Shown: piece by piece, positions 37,085 to 48,014 of the stretch
Layout: every line of letters starts with the position of its first letter
Position numbering within the stretch: position 1 is the first letter of the stretch
Origin: an uncultured Bacilli bacterium
GTDB lineage: Bacteria; Bacillota_I; Bacilli_A; RF39; UBA660
Reading direction: 5' to 3'
Length of the DNA stretch: 64,000 bases
NCBI GenBank assembly: GCA_934122395.1
Contig: CAKOWQ010000002.1
Coordinates: 2,595-66,594 of the forward strand
Position numbers and translations under genes: made by a program
Notes under the pieces: generated by a model
The model's input: only the letters and a program-made list of their open reading frames with translations
What the model was told of the DNA's origin: nothing
Database searches by the model: none

Positions 37085-39361
37085 TTATTCTGTTCTTAGC
37101 GCTTCAACCGGATCTTTTCTAGAAGCTATTTTAGATGGTATTGCTCCACCAATCATAGTTAGTATAACGCTTATTAAGACTAATATTATTGCATGTATCG
37201 GATTTAATTTAGCAACATTGGAAAGTTCAGTTAGCTTTTTTATTATTAAATTAACAGGGAAAGTTATAATCCATCCTATAAATATACCAATTAAACCTGA
37301 TATTAGACCGATAATAACAGTCTCGGCATTAAATACACGGCTTATGTCCTTAGCTCTTGCACCAAGTGCACGTAGTATTCCTATTTCTTTTGTTCTTTCT
37401 AAAACTGATATATATGTTATTATACCTATCATAATACTAGAAACTAGTAAAGATATTCCTGAAAAAGCAATTAGTACAATAGTAATAGCATCCATAATTG
37501 AACTTGATAAGCTAGAAAAGATTTTTCCTAAATCGGTATATAATATTTGATTGTTTAAATCTTTATCTACATTGTACTTATCTAAATATTCTATAACAGA
37601 CGCTTTAGCTTTAAAGTCTTTTGGATATAATTGGATTGCTATAGGTATATCATTACCACCAAGATATGAAATTAATTCTTCCTTTGTAGTCTTAGTATAA
37701 TCTATTTTTTCACCAGTAAGCACATTATAATCTACATTCCTTTGCAATTGAACAATCTTCGAATCATTATTCTTTTCAATTACATAATCAACCAACTCAC
37801 TAGTGTATGATAATAACGAATCGTCAGAAGTTAATACTTTTTTATCTTTCTTTCCTCTTGCTATACCAACTATTTTTAGAGTTAAAGCATTATTGGAATT
37901 ATATAGTCCCTCTAAATTATTATTTATTGTGAAAAATGAATTCATCTCATTATAGTATTCATCATTAAAGATAAGTTTTAATTGAGTACTAATTATTTCA
38001 TCAAATGTAATTTCTTTTTTATTGATGTCTATTCCTATACTATTTAATATTTCTTTATTTACATTATTTTTACTATCAACAGTTAATAATAGTTCATCCT
38101 TAGAAGTTGGAAATTTTCCTTCTAATAAATCATAATTATCTTCAAAAACGCCTACCTTTGATGTCTTCTCAGGGATCATAGTAAAATATGCTGAATCCAA
38201 TAATAATTGTTTATAATTATTATCATGCTTTGCAATAATATTTAATGACACTGTTCGAGTATATGAAATACCACTTAATAATTCTTTGTCTATACTTTTA
38301 ACATAATCTATATAGTTATTATCTATATTGTTAATATGTACTAGTTGTTTGTCTACTGGAGATACAGGATAAACGATCTTTTTAGTAATATATTCTTCTT
38401 TATTATCACTTTTTTCTACCTTATCAAGTTCCATTGCTTGTTTCGATATAACGATAGGCATAGATGATAACGTGTCCTTTTCAAATTTATCTATTTCAAT
38501 ATTAAATCCATTAGAAAGAGCCAATATTATAGTTATTCCTATGATACCTATACTTGATGCAAAAGAGGTTAATAAAGTTCTCCCCTTTTTAGTTTTAATA
38601 TTATTAAAAGATAATTTTAAAGCAGTTAAAAAGTTCATTGCAGTTTTCTTTATTTTGTATTTTTCATCTTTATTACTTTCTTTTTCTATAGGATTAGTAT
38701 CACTTACTAACATTCCGTCTTTGAATTCAATAATACGATTGGCATAAGAATTTGCTAATTCAGCATTATGCGTTACCATAATAACCAACTTATCTTTAGC
38801 TATTTCTTTAATTAATTCCATTATTTGAATACTAGTCGCTGAATCTAATGCTCCAGTTGGTTCATCAGCTAGAATAATACTAGGATTATTTGCTAGTGCT
38901 CTTGCAATTGCAACACGTTGCATTTGACCACCAGATAATTGATTTGGCTTTTTATGAGCATGTTCTTTTAATCCGACTTTTTCTAATACTTCTAATGCTT
39001 TCTTTTTTCTTTTAGAAGACGAAACTCCACTAAGTGTCATTCCCATTTCAACATTATCTAATATAGAAATGTGGTTAATTAAATTATAGTTTTGAAAGAT
39101 AAAACCTATACAATTATTTCTATAAGCATCCCATTCTGTTTTATGAAACTTTCTAGTTGATTTATTATTTATGATTAAATCTCCACTATCATATTTGTCT
39201 AATCCACCAATAATATTTAAAAGTGTTGTTTTACCGCTTCCAGATGGTCCTAGAATGGCAACAAATTCATTTTTTCTAAATTCTATATTAACATTATTTA
39301 ATGCCTGTTGACTAAATTTACCAGTTACATAACTTTTATTTATATTTATCAATTTAAGCAT
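37085..39361 (-). CDS. Fused ABC transporter: N-terminal ATPase and C-terminal FtsX/MacB-type permease.
   Basis: Walker A 'GPSGSGKTTLL', signature 'LSGGQMQRVAIARAL', Walker B 'ILADEPTGALD', then four FtsX-type TM helices. Terminator AAAAAGAACATGAAATTTTGTGTTCTTTT at 37037-37066. Confidence 0.8.
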   Translation of the reverse strand: MLKLININKSYVTGKFSQQALNNVNIEFRKNEFVAILGPSGSGKTTLLNIIGGLDKYDSGDLIINNKSTRKFHKTEWDAYRNNCIGFIFQNYNLINHISILDNVEMGMTLSGVSSSKRKKKALEVLEKVGLKEHAHKKPNQLSGGQMQRVAIARALANNPSIILADEPTGALDSATSIQIMELIKEIAKDKLVIMVTHNAELANSYANRIIEFKDGMLVSDTNPIEKESNKDEKYKIKKTAMNFLTALKLSFNNIKTKKGRTLLTSFASSIGIIGITIILALSNGFNIEIDKFEKDTLSSMPIVISKQAMELDKVEKSDNKEEYITKKIVYPVSPVDKQLVHINNIDNNYIDYVKSIDKELLSGISYTRTVSLNIIAKHDNNYKQLLLDSAYFTMIPEKTSKVGVFEDNYDLLEGKFPTSKDELLLTVDSKNNVNKEILNSIGIDINKKEITFDEIISTQLKLIFNDEYYNEMNSFFTINNNLEGLYNSNNALTLKIVGIARGKKDKKVLTSDDSLLSYTSELVDYVIEKNNDSKIVQLQRNVDYNVLTGEKIDYTKTTKEELISYLGGNDIPIAIQLYPKDFKAKASVIEYLDKYNVDKDLNNQILYTDLGKIFSSLSSSIMDAITIVLIAFSGISLLVSSIMIGIITYISVLERTKEIGILRALGARAKDISRVFNAETVIIGLISGLIGIFIGWIITFPVNLIIKKLTELSNVAKLNPIHAIILVLISVILTMIGGAIPSKIASRKDPVEALRTE

Positions 39362-39531
39362 ACTTTACCTCCTTATATGTGAACATGATAATTATATGTT
39401 ATTGATTATTTGTTATCAACTTATTAAATATGTATTTTATAAAACAATTTACCAATTACTCTTAATTTTAACCAAGTGAAATTTTAAAATTTAAAAAGTA
39501 CCCCTTTTAAATTTTTAAAAAGAGTACTTTT

Positions 39532-39723
39532 TTATTTTTCATATAAAATCATTGCTGAGAAACAATATATTTGTTCTTCACTAAACATTGAAATGGATAC
39601 TTGATATTTAATGTCAATAACTTTATCACCTATTTCTTCAAGAAAAGTATTAACACTAGCTTCTAAATCCTTTTCATGCATCTCATCAAAAACTTTTACT
39701 TTCATATCAGTCACCAATGACAA
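39532..39723 (-). CDS. Cse60-like small sporulation protein.
   Basis: 'VKVFDEMHEKDLEASVNTFLEE...IDIKYQVS...EEQIYCFSAMILY' resembles the sigma-E-controlled Cse60/YteV family. Terminator hairpin AAAAAGTAC...GTACTTTTTT directly downstream. Confidence 0.45.
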   Translation of the reverse strand: MSLVTDMKVKVFDEMHEKDLEASVNTFLEEIGDKVIDIKYQVSISMFSEEQIYCFSAMILYEK

Positions 39724-39750
39724 TATATAACTGTTTAGTGTCGAAAAATG

Positions 39751-42141
39751 TTATTTTACAACAATATTTATAATTTTATCTTTAATTATAATGAATTTAA
39801 CTATCTCTTTACCGTCAATATGTCTAATGATATTTTCTTCTTTTAATGCTTTTTCTCTTATTATATCTTCATTATCATCAACAGTAACATTAATTGTTGC
39901 TCTTACTTTACCATTTACTTGAACTGCTAAAGTTTTAGAACTTTCCTTGATTAAATCCTCATTATACGTAGGCCATTTTTCATACGCAATAGTATTATTA
40001 TGTCCTAACATATTCCATAATTCTTCACCTAAATGTGGGCAAATTGGACTAATTAATTTAGCTAAACCTATAGCATATTCTTTTGGTAAATATTCTTCTT
40101 TATATATTGCATTTACAAATATCATCATTTGAGAAATAGCTGTGTTGAAGTTTAAGTTTTCGTAGTCTTCAGTTACTTTTTTGACTGTTTGATGATAAAT
40201 TTTTTCAAGATTTTTATTTTCTTTATCAGCTACTTTTCCTTCTTCGAATATTCTATAAATACGATCGATGAATTTCTTAGCACCATCTATTCCTGTATTA
40301 CTCCAAGGTTTATCAGCATCAAGTGGTCCCATAAACATTTCATACAATCTTAAAGCATCAGCACCATGGCTTTCAACTATATCAGTAGGATTTACAACGA
40401 ACTCTGGATATCTTTTACCCATTTTTATACCATTAGCTCCTAAAATCATTCCTTGATGTACTAACTTTTGAAATGGCTCAGCAACAGGAACTAATCCCTT
40501 GTCATATAAGTAATTATTCCAGAATCTTGAATACAATAAGTGTCCAGTTGTGTGTTCGGGTCCACCTATATATAAATCTACTGGTAACCAATGTTTCAAT
40601 AATTCTTGATTAGCAAATTCTTCATCGTTATGTGGATCTATATATCTTAAGAAGTACCATGAAGAACCAGCAGAACCTGGCATTGTAGAAGTTTCTCTTA
40701 CTCCTTTCATACCATGTCTTATAACATTTTTCCATTCTTCAGCAAAATCCAATGGTGCTTTTCCGCCATGTCCCTTATAATCCTTTAATTTAGGTAAAAC
40801 TAAAGGTAATTCACTATCATCTAATACTTCCATAGAACCATCTTCCATATGGACGATAGGAACTGGTTCTCCCCAATATCTTTGACGAGCAAAAATCCAT
40901 TCACGTAAACGATAATTTACTTTTTTAGTGCCTAATTTATTTTCTTCTAGCCATGCAATCATCTTGTCAATCGCTTCTTGTTTACCCAAACCATTTAAGA
41001 ATCCAGAATTAATATGAACCCCATCTTCTGTAAAGGCTTCTTTATCTACATCGCCACCTTCTAATACTGGAATTATTTTTAATCCAAACTTTTTAGCAAA
41101 TTCATAATCTCTTGTATCATGGGCTGGAACTGCCATAATAGCTCCAGTTCCATAAGTTGCTAAAACATAGTCAGCAATCCATATAGGAATTTTTTCACCA
41201 TTTACTGGATTAATAGCATAGCTACCAGTAAATGCTCCTGTCTTTTCTTTATTTAATTCTGTTCTTTCTAAATCTGACTTAGTAGCACATACTTTTTTAT
41301 AAGCTTCTACTTCTTCTTTTTGTTCATCACTAGTAATTACATCCACTAATTTATGTTCAGGTGATAATACACAGTAAGTAGCACCAAACAAAGTATCACA
41401 TCTAGTTGTAAATACTTCAAATGATTTATCCGTGCCATCTACTTTAAAAGTTACTAATGCTCCAGTTGATTTTCCTATCCAATTTCTTTGCATTTCTTTT
41501 GTTGATTCAGGCCAGTTAATATTATCAAGACCATTAATTAATTTTTCAGCGTATTTAGGAATGTCCATTACCCATTGCTTCATATTACGTCTTACAACAG
41601 GAAATCCTCCTCTTTCACTTTTACCATCTATTACTTCATCATTTGATAAAACTGTACCTAATTCTTCACACCAGTTAACTGGCATATCAACACATTTTGC
41701 TAATCCATCTAAATATAATTGTTTAAATATCCATTGTGTCCATTTATAGAATTCAGGATCGCTTGTTGATATTTCTTTACTCCAATCATAAGAGAATCCC
41801 AAACTCTTTAATTGCGTTTTAAATGTTTTAATATTTGCTTGAGTAAAGCCGTCTGGATGATTACCTGTATTAATTGCATACTGTTCAGCAGGTAATCCGA
41901 AAGCATCCCATCCCATTGGATGTAATACATTATATCCCTGCATTCTTTTCATTCTTGATACTATATCTGTTGCAGTATATCCTTCTGGGTGTCCAGCATG
42001 TAATCCTACTCCAGATGGATATGGGAACATATCTAATGCATAAAACTTAGGTTTAGAAAAATCATACACATCTGTTTTAAAGGTATCATTTTCTTCCCAA
42101 TAATTTTGCCATTTCTTTTCAACTTCTTTAAAATTATACAT
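39751..42141 (-). CDS. leuS: Leucine--tRNA ligase.
   Basis: '[16 protein letters not shown]' (HIGH region), 'KMGKRY' (KMSKS), editing domain, 796 aa. Confidence 0.9.
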   Translation of the reverse strand: MYNFKEVEKKWQNYWEENDTFKTDVYDFSKPKFYALDMFPYPSGVGLHAGHPEGYTATDIVSRMKRMQGYNVLHPMGWDAFGLPAEQYAINTGNHPDGFTQANIKTFKTQLKSLGFSYDWSKEISTSDPEFYKWTQWIFKQLYLDGLAKCVDMPVNWCEELGTVLSNDEVIDGKSERGGFPVVRRNMKQWVMDIPKYAEKLINGLDNINWPESTKEMQRNWIGKSTGALVTFKVDGTDKSFEVFTTRCDTLFGATYCVLSPEHKLVDVITSDEQKEEVEAYKKVCATKSDLERTELNKEKTGAFTGSYAINPVNGEKIPIWIADYVLATYGTGAIMAVPAHDTRDYEFAKKFGLKIIPVLEGGDVDKEAFTEDGVHINSGFLNGLGKQEAIDKMIAWLEENKLGTKKVNYRLREWIFARQRYWGEPVPIVHMEDGSMEVLDDSELPLVLPKLKDYKGHGGKAPLDFAEEWKNVIRHGMKGVRETSTMPGSAGSSWYFLRYIDPHNDEEFANQELLKHWLPVDLYIGGPEHTTGHLLYSRFWNNYLYDKGLVPVAEPFQKLVHQGMILGANGIKMGKRYPEFVVNPTDIVESHGADALRLYEMFMGPLDADKPWSNTGIDGAKKFIDRIYRIFEEGKVADKENKNLEKIYHQTVKKVTEDYENLNFNTAISQMMIFVNAIYKEEYLPKEYAIGLAKLISPICPHLGEELWNMLGHNNTIAYEKWPTYNEDLIKESSKTLAVQVNGKVRATINVTVDDNEDIIREKALKEENIIRHIDGKEIVKFIIIKDKIINIVVK

Positions 42142-42544
42142 TTTTAGTCAATCCTTTCTTTTTAAAATATCTTCCTAATAGAGAAAAACTTGTTAGTATT
42201 ACTGGTACTACAAGTAGTACTCCTACTCCTAGTTGTATATATATATTATCTGTTTTTAATAAAGTTATAACTGTTACAATAAATGCAACATCTAAACTAC
42301 AAACAAAACCCAAGAGTTTTAACATACCTCTAAAATTTATCTTTTTTAAATCTACTTTGTACTTATATATAAACAACTCAACCTCAGCTGGATATTTTGC
42401 TTGATCTACTTTATCTTTCTTTTTCACATCTTTCTTCTTTTTGCTTTCTTTTACTATTCTATTCCCTTTAGCATCATATTTTCTAATTATAAATATGTAA
42501 TAAATCAAATATGTTAATGCTGTAGTAATTATAAACCAAATCAT
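42134..42544 (-). CDS. Small polytopic membrane protein encoded between the T-box leader and leuS.
   Basis: RBS AAAGGAGAAG before '[20 protein letters not shown]'. Three predicted TM helices. Overlaps the leuS start by 8 nt. Confidence 0.35.
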   Translation of the reverse strand: MIWFIITTALTYLIYYIFIIRKYDAKGNRIVKESKKKKDVKKKDKVDQAKYPAEVELFIYKYKVDLKKINFRGMLKLLGFVCSLDVAFIVTVITLLKTDNIYIQLGVGVLLVVPVILTSFSLLGRYFKKKGLTKNV

Positions 42545-42571
42545 AACTTCTCCTTTCAAAATAAAAAGCAT

Positions 42572-42780
42572 CCTTACATAAGGACGCTTTATTTACGTGG
42601 TACCACCTTAATTCATAGTATAAAACTATGCGCTTAATATTGTTAACGCAATTATGCGAATTACTTAAATAGGAACAAGTTCATAAACAAGTTACAATAG
42701 TTAACACCAACCACTATCTCTCTTTAAATAACTTGGTTTATTACTACTTTCCAAAGTAATTAAATATATCATATAGTATA
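42572..42780 (-). ncRNA. T-box riboswitch leader (leucyl) controlling the small membrane ORF and leuS.
   Basis: Minus-strand T-box 'AATTAAGGTGGTACCACG' (plus-strand coordinates 42594-42611). Terminator 'AGCGTCCTTATGTAAGGATGCTTTTTATT' at 42572-42600. Confidence 0.7.
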
Positions 42781-45189
42781 TTAAATTTGATTAATATATT
42801 CAAGTAAATTTAAGAATAATTTTACAAAAGATGAATCTAATCCTGCTCTTCTAAGCTTTCTAATAGCTATTCTTTTCTTTTTTATAGGTTCATCACTGAA
42901 CATTGCATCAGATATCTTTTCTTTTAAAGATGTTTCAATTTGTAGGTCTGACAAAATCATATCTATGTCATCATTGACCAATCTAACAGCATCTATTTCA
43001 ATATCTGTACCTTTGCAGTTAATTGTTAATTGTCTAAATACGTCAACATTATTAACTTCAACTATAAAATCTGTATCGTCTATGTAAGTATTACTTTCTA
43101 TTACATCTCCATCTACTCTACAGATAACTTCATCTGCTTTTTTAGTATTTCTAAATCTTATTTTAAAGTTTCTAGTATCTGGTACAATACCTCTTTTACT
43201 ATCAAGAGCGTTTCTGATAATTAAAGTATAGTTATTTGGAAGATAATTATATTCAATGATTGTTTTAAAATAAGCTCCCTTTTTATAAGCTTCTGAAATT
43301 CCATCATCTTCATATAATTCATAACTATTGCTTTCACCTGGGAATACTTGAATTTCCATATCACTAGGATTAGAAGTATTATTGCTATTACTTTTTATTG
43401 ATAATGGTATAATAGCACCTTTTCTTGCAAATACTGGATAATCTTCGTCTTTATAGAATGCTACATACTTTTTATTACCCAAGAATTTTTTACCAGTGAA
43501 AAAATCATACCAAATACCATCTGGTAAATAGAATCTATGAATAGTTCTATTCATTATTGAATCTTTTTTATTTGTTATTGGTGCTACTAAAAGACTACTA
43601 CCATAAAAGTACTCATTACGATATATTAAGTCATCATATACTTTAGGTATTACATAATAAAGTGGTTGGAATACCATTGTTCCTGCTGTAGAATACTTAT
43701 GAGCTTCTGTGTATAAATAAGGAATTAACTTATGACGTAATACCAAGTATTCACTTGTTATTTCATATGTCTTTTTATCCCACAACCATGGTTCGCGTTT
43801 ATAGTACTTTCCACCTGCTGAATGAAATCTCAGAATTGGACTAAACACTCCTAATTGGACTGATCTTATATATAATTCCGATTCTTCTATTCCACCGTTA
43901 TATCCGCCTATATCATGACTCCACCAACAAACTCCAATATTTGAGGCTGATAAATTGAAGAAAGGGATTAATTTAAGATTATCCCAACTCACTTTAGTCT
44001 CTCCTGAATATAATACTGGATATCTGTGTGCTGCTTTTAAAGCATTTCTTGATAAAATCATTCCTCTATTTCCAAGTTTTTTAGAATCAAAATAATGATA
44101 ATTAGTTAATGTCCATAGAGTTGTTAAATCTTTTAGGTTATTAAAGTCATTCCAGAAAAAATCAATACCCATTTTTTCCAACGGATGAATAAATACTTTA
44201 AAATATACATCTAAAAATCTAGGATTAAGAGGATCAAATTTTAAAATGTTACCTGCTGTTCCTCCTAAATATTGACATGCACTATTATAATAATTTTCAA
44301 AAGGATAAAATCCTTCACTTGGATCTACTGATACTCCTATTTTTATATTTCTATCATGAATTTCTTTAATGAATTGAACAGGGTTATGAATTAAATCTTC
44401 ATTAAAGCTAAATCCGCTGTTAGTTACTTTTTTATTATATACATTTCTTTTATGCCAATCTTTGTCTAGTAATAATACTGATATTGGTATTTCATTTGAA
44501 TCGAACTTATTCAATAAATTATTAATTTCATCTGATGAATATGCTTTATCTCTACTCCACCAGTTTCCTAAAGCATATCTAGGTACAAATGATGGCATTC
44601 CTGTTAAAGTAAAATAATCTTGCATAGCAAGTCCAAAATCTTTACCATATATAAAAACATACATATCTATACTTCTAGAATTAGGGCTTACTATAGTACC
44701 ATTTTGATCCAACCTTAAAGTATTACTATCATCAATACTTACAAAACCTTCTAAAGAATAAAGTCCTCTATTTATAGAACTTTCTGCATTGGGTTTTAGA
44801 ACATTATTAGAGCCAAAGTAATTTCTTACTTCTGGATGATCATAATACCAAAACCTATCTGTACCATTAAGGGATATTTTCAAATTCTTTATTGGATTCA
44901 CACCAGTACCTTTAAATGGCATCTCTTTTGAATATTCAAGTTTAAAGTAATTAGTAGTAACTTCTAAAAAGGCATTATCTTGTCTTATTTGAAAAGGAGT
45001 TTTCTCAAAGTTTCTATATATAACAAGTTCAGTACCTAAATCATTAAATTTACCTTCTTCACTATATTCAAGACGGATTAGTCTTTCTGTAAGAATAGAA
45101 ATACGATATTTTTGACCTTGTATTACATTAGTATTTCTAGTTTTTAAATTATTTAAATCAATATGAAATTGATTACCTAAATCATACAT
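42781..45189 (-). CDS. Glycoside hydrolase family 31 protein (alpha-glucosidase/alpha-xylosidase-like), cytoplasmic.
   Basis: GH31 nucleophile region 'IDFFWNDFN' (cf. WNDMNE) and second signature 'WWSHDIGGY' (cf. GADICGF). 802 aa, no signal peptide. Confidence 0.65.
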   Translation of the reverse strand: MYDLGNQFHIDLNNLKTRNTNVIQGQKYRISILTERLIRLEYSEEGKFNDLGTELVIYRNFEKTPFQIRQDNAFLEVTTNYFKLEYSKEMPFKGTGVNPIKNLKISLNGTDRFWYYDHPEVRNYFGSNNVLKPNAESSINRGLYSLEGFVSIDDSNTLRLDQNGTIVSPNSRSIDMYVFIYGKDFGLAMQDYFTLTGMPSFVPRYALGNWWSRDKAYSSDEINNLLNKFDSNEIPISVLLLDKDWHKRNVYNKKVTNSGFSFNEDLIHNPVQFIKEIHDRNIKIGVSVDPSEGFYPFENYYNSACQYLGGTAGNILKFDPLNPRFLDVYFKVFIHPLEKMGIDFFWNDFNNLKDLTTLWTLTNYHYFDSKKLGNRGMILSRNALKAAHRYPVLYSGETKVSWDNLKLIPFFNLSASNIGVCWWSHDIGGYNGGIEESELYIRSVQLGVFSPILRFHSAGGKYYKREPWLWDKKTYEITSEYLVLRHKLIPYLYTEAHKYSTAGTMVFQPLYYVIPKVYDDLIYRNEYFYGSSLLVAPITNKKDSIMNRTIHRFYLPDGIWYDFFTGKKFLGNKKYVAFYKDEDYPVFARKGAIIPLSIKSNSNNTSNPSDMEIQVFPGESNSYELYEDDGISEAYKKGAYFKTIIEYNYLPNNYTLIIRNALDSKRGIVPDTRNFKIRFRNTKKADEVICRVDGDVIESNTYIDDTDFIVEVNNVDVFRQLTINCKGTDIEIDAVRLVNDDIDMILSDLQIETSLKEKISDAMFSDEPIKKKRIAIRKLRRAGLDSSFVKLFLNLLEYINQI

Positions 45190-45216
45190 AATATCACCTT
45201 TCTATTCTTTTCTTTT

Positions 45217-46671
45217 TTATTTAACAAGATATGGATTAGTTTTTGTTCCATCTCCACTTAATACTGTTACCGTTGATTTCAAATTGATTACAGGGCGAGC
45301 GTTAAAACTGCCACTGTTGGCACCACTTTGGCCAGTTATACCAGAAATACCTACTGCCCATACAAAAGCAGCTCCACTATAATTATCTGGTGTCATTGTC
45401 CAAAAGCCTTCATTATTTTTTAGGTAAAATTCATCGTTATTTCGAGAATAAAGAGCTCCAGCATATGCCACTTCATCAGCCGTTATTAATCCAATTGGAT
45501 AAGTCAAGGCTTTATTACCTTTTGTTGCTGATGATGTTGTATATAAATCGTTTTCTTGTGGGCACTTGAATTGTGGTATATATTTTGACATTAGTCGATT
45601 ATGTGAACCATAAGAAGTTGACGTTGTACCATAGCCGAGTGCTTCTGAATCTATACTTCTATCTCCACAAAAGCCAGAATCTGCTAAATATGATGAGTAA
45701 TCAACCAAATTATTTTGATACCATATATCTAAATATGATTTTATAGCACTTGAATTAGTATTGATATGCGTTGCCTCATAAGTGGTTGCACCAGCTGTTC
45801 CATACATGTATCCTACATATGCATTATCGTTAGAGAAATTATTAAAGACACTAACCCCAATCGAATCCTGTTTAATCAATCTTACACTGCCGTCTTCATT
45901 TATTCTTACTATTCTCCATGTAAATCCTGCAAAGGATACATAGTTATTTTCTACTGCTCCTCTAAAGTAATAAGTAGTTTTATTATCTTCTGTATTTGTT
46001 GATGTGTAATAAAGCCCTGTTCCATTTGTATTACTACTTATCTTAGAAAAATCTATGTTTGTATCTGCTATTGTTGTATTATTACTTAATATTTTAGTTA
46101 CTAATTTTTCGTATGCATCTGGTATTAATTCGCCATCTGCTGTTGGTGCACTTGCTACATATTGTCCTATATTTAATGTTAATCCTACCTCTTTTGTCTT
46201 TTTACTTGGGTCTTTTTCTACTGCTGGATTATATCCTACTGTTACTGTCATTGTATGAGTTGGACATGTAGTTAATCCTTCGCAGCTTTCTATTGTTGTT
46301 CCTTTTCTTATATTTTCTATTCTTACGTATATAGCATCATTATCTGTTGATGTATATGTTGCTCCTTTTACTTCTGCTTTTATATCTCCATAGTTTGTTA
46401 TATCTATTTCATATGTTAATTCATCTCCTGGTTGTACTAAATCTACTTCAAAGTTTGCTGTTGTTGATGTATAACTACTACTCTTTGAAGTTGCTCCCCC
46501 TTTGGTACTTCCCGTCTTTACTCTTATTGCACTGAATTCTACTTTCCATGTTGATGTTACTGAGGTTCCTCCATTTATATCCAACTTCGTTGACAATAAT
46601 GCATATCCTATCCCCATAAACAGCATCATTACGCACATTACTATTATTACTGTTGTCTTCTTTCTATACAT
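45217..46671 (-). CDS. Secreted protein with SipW-cognate-type signal peptide and TasA/camelysin-like N-terminal region, fused to a Ser/Thr/Tyr/Gly-rich C-terminal domain.
   Basis: 'MLFMGIGYALLST' resembles the ...GGGTFAFFSD SipW-class signal of TasA/CalY. Downstream 'FEVDLVQPGDELTYEIDITNYGDIKAEV' resembles the camelysin beta-sandwich start. 484 aa. Confidence 0.4.
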   Translation of the reverse strand: MYRKKTTVIIVMCVMMLFMGIGYALLSTKLDINGGTSVTSTWKVEFSAIRVKTGSTKGGATSKSSSYTSTTANFEVDLVQPGDELTYEIDITNYGDIKAEVKGATYTSTDNDAIYVRIENIRKGTTIESCEGLTTCPTHTMTVTVGYNPAVEKDPSKKTKEVGLTLNIGQYVASAPTADGELIPDAYEKLVTKILSNNTTIADTNIDFSKISSNTNGTGLYYTSTNTEDNKTTYYFRGAVENNYVSFAGFTWRIVRINEDGSVRLIKQDSIGVSVFNNFSNDNAYVGYMYGTAGATTYEATHINTNSSAIKSYLDIWYQNNLVDYSSYLADSGFCGDRSIDSEALGYGTTSTSYGSHNRLMSKYIPQFKCPQENDLYTTSSATKGNKALTYPIGLITADEVAYAGALYSRNNDEFYLKNNEGFWTMTPDNYSGAAFVWAVGISGITGQSGANSGSFNARPVINLKSTVTVLSGDGTKTNPYLVK

Positions 46672-46814
46672 CGTATCAGCTCCCCTAGTATTATGTGTAT
46701 ATTATCTCATTAATAAGATTTTTTTTCAATATCTTCTACAATAAAATACTTTTATTTATCTATAGATTTCTTTAAGAAAACCATTATCTTTGATATAATA
46801 TTGTTGGTGATGTT

Positions 46815-48014
46815 ATGAATGGATTAGTATTATCAGGTGGAGGCGGCAAAGGCGCTTATCAAATTGGTGTCTGGAAAGCTTTACGCAAAATTCATTATAA
46901 AATTGATATTGTTACTGGTACTTCGGTTGGTTGCTTAAATGCATTGTTAATCACTCAAAATTATAAATTTTTAGCTCCTTTTATTTGGAGTAGAATTGAT
47001 TTTAGTGAAATATTTCAAGATGATGTAAAAAAAGAACAAACAACCATGGAAATAATCGAAATGTATGGTAAAAATATTTTGAAAAACAAAGGCATGAGTA
47101 CTGATAACTTGCAAAAAAAATTAGACAAGGTTGTTAATTATAGAAGATTCTATAAATCTAAAGTGGATTTTGGATTGGTTACTGTAAATTTAAGCGACTT
47201 AAAACCAGTTGTCTTAACCAAAAAAGAAATTCCTAAAGAAAGATTAAAAGATTATTTGATGGCTTCTGCTACTTGCTATCCGGCTTTTAAGATGAAAGAT
47301 ATTGATGGTAACAAATATATCGATGGTGGTTATTATGATGTCTTACCAATCAACCTTGCTGTTAAAATGGGAGCCACAAAAATAGTTGCTGTTGATTTAA
47401 AAAGTTTCGGAATAAAAAAGAAAGTTAAGGATAAAAATATTCCCGTTACATATATCGTTCCTAGAAACAATATTGGATACAGTCTATTGTTTAATAGAAA
47501 TGTTAATAAACTTAACATGAAATATGGTTACAATGACACTTTAAAAGATTTTGGTAGATTAGAAGGTAACAAGTTCACATTCAAAAAGAACTTCACTAAA
47601 CATATTAATCACCAGTTAGTAAAAAATAATATTCTATGTTTTTATAACTTAAAAAATATAGAAAAAAATATATTACTTAATAAAAAACTAAAACATTTTA
47701 TAAGCGATACATTAGATACTAAAGCATATATAAAAATATTAGAAAATATTGGTTATAGTTATAATCTTCCTGACTACAATATCTATTCTATACGTAAGTT
47801 TAATAAACTAGTTACTAATAAAATTAATAAACAAGAACCAATAAAAAAACTAGGAATTAATCCTTCAAAAAAAGATGTAATAACATTTTTATATAGCTGT
47901 ATGCTTAATAACGAGACTAACAAAATAAAAAAAATATCACTTATATATTCAAACGAGTTTATTGCTGCTATTTATTTATATACTATAACTAGAGGTAAGT
48001 ATCATGCAATTTAA
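46815..48014 (+). CDS. Patatin-like phospholipase with C-terminal extension.
   Basis: Oxyanion 'LSGGGGKGAYQIG', nucleophile 'GTSVGC' (GxSxG), catalytic Asp 'IDGGYYDVLP'. Extended -10 TGATATAAT upstream. Confidence 0.75.
   Translation: MNGLVLSGGGGKGAYQIGVWKALRKIHYKIDIVTGTSVGCLNALLITQNYKFLAPFIWSRIDFSEIFQDDVKKEQTTMEIIEMYGKNILKNKGMSTDNLQKKLDKVVNYRRFYKSKVDFGLVTVNLSDLKPVVLTKKEIPKERLKDYLMASATCYPAFKMKDIDGNKYIDGGYYDVLPINLAVKMGATKIVAVDLKSFGIKKKVKDKNIPVTYIVPRNNIGYSLLFNRNVNKLNMKYGYNDTLKDFGRLEGNKFTFKKNFTKHINHQLVKNNILCFYNLKNIEKNILLNKKLKHFISDTLDTKAYIKILENIGYSYNLPDYNIYSIRKFNKLVTNKINKQEPIKKLGINPSKKDVITFLYSCMLNNETNKIKKISLIYSNEFIAAIYLYTITRGKYHAI

Noticed and set aside
37059-37550. 163-aa plus-strand ORF.
   Set aside because: Antisense to the well-supported ABC transporter gene. 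Hydrophobic low-complexity translation typical of an AT-rich antisense frame.
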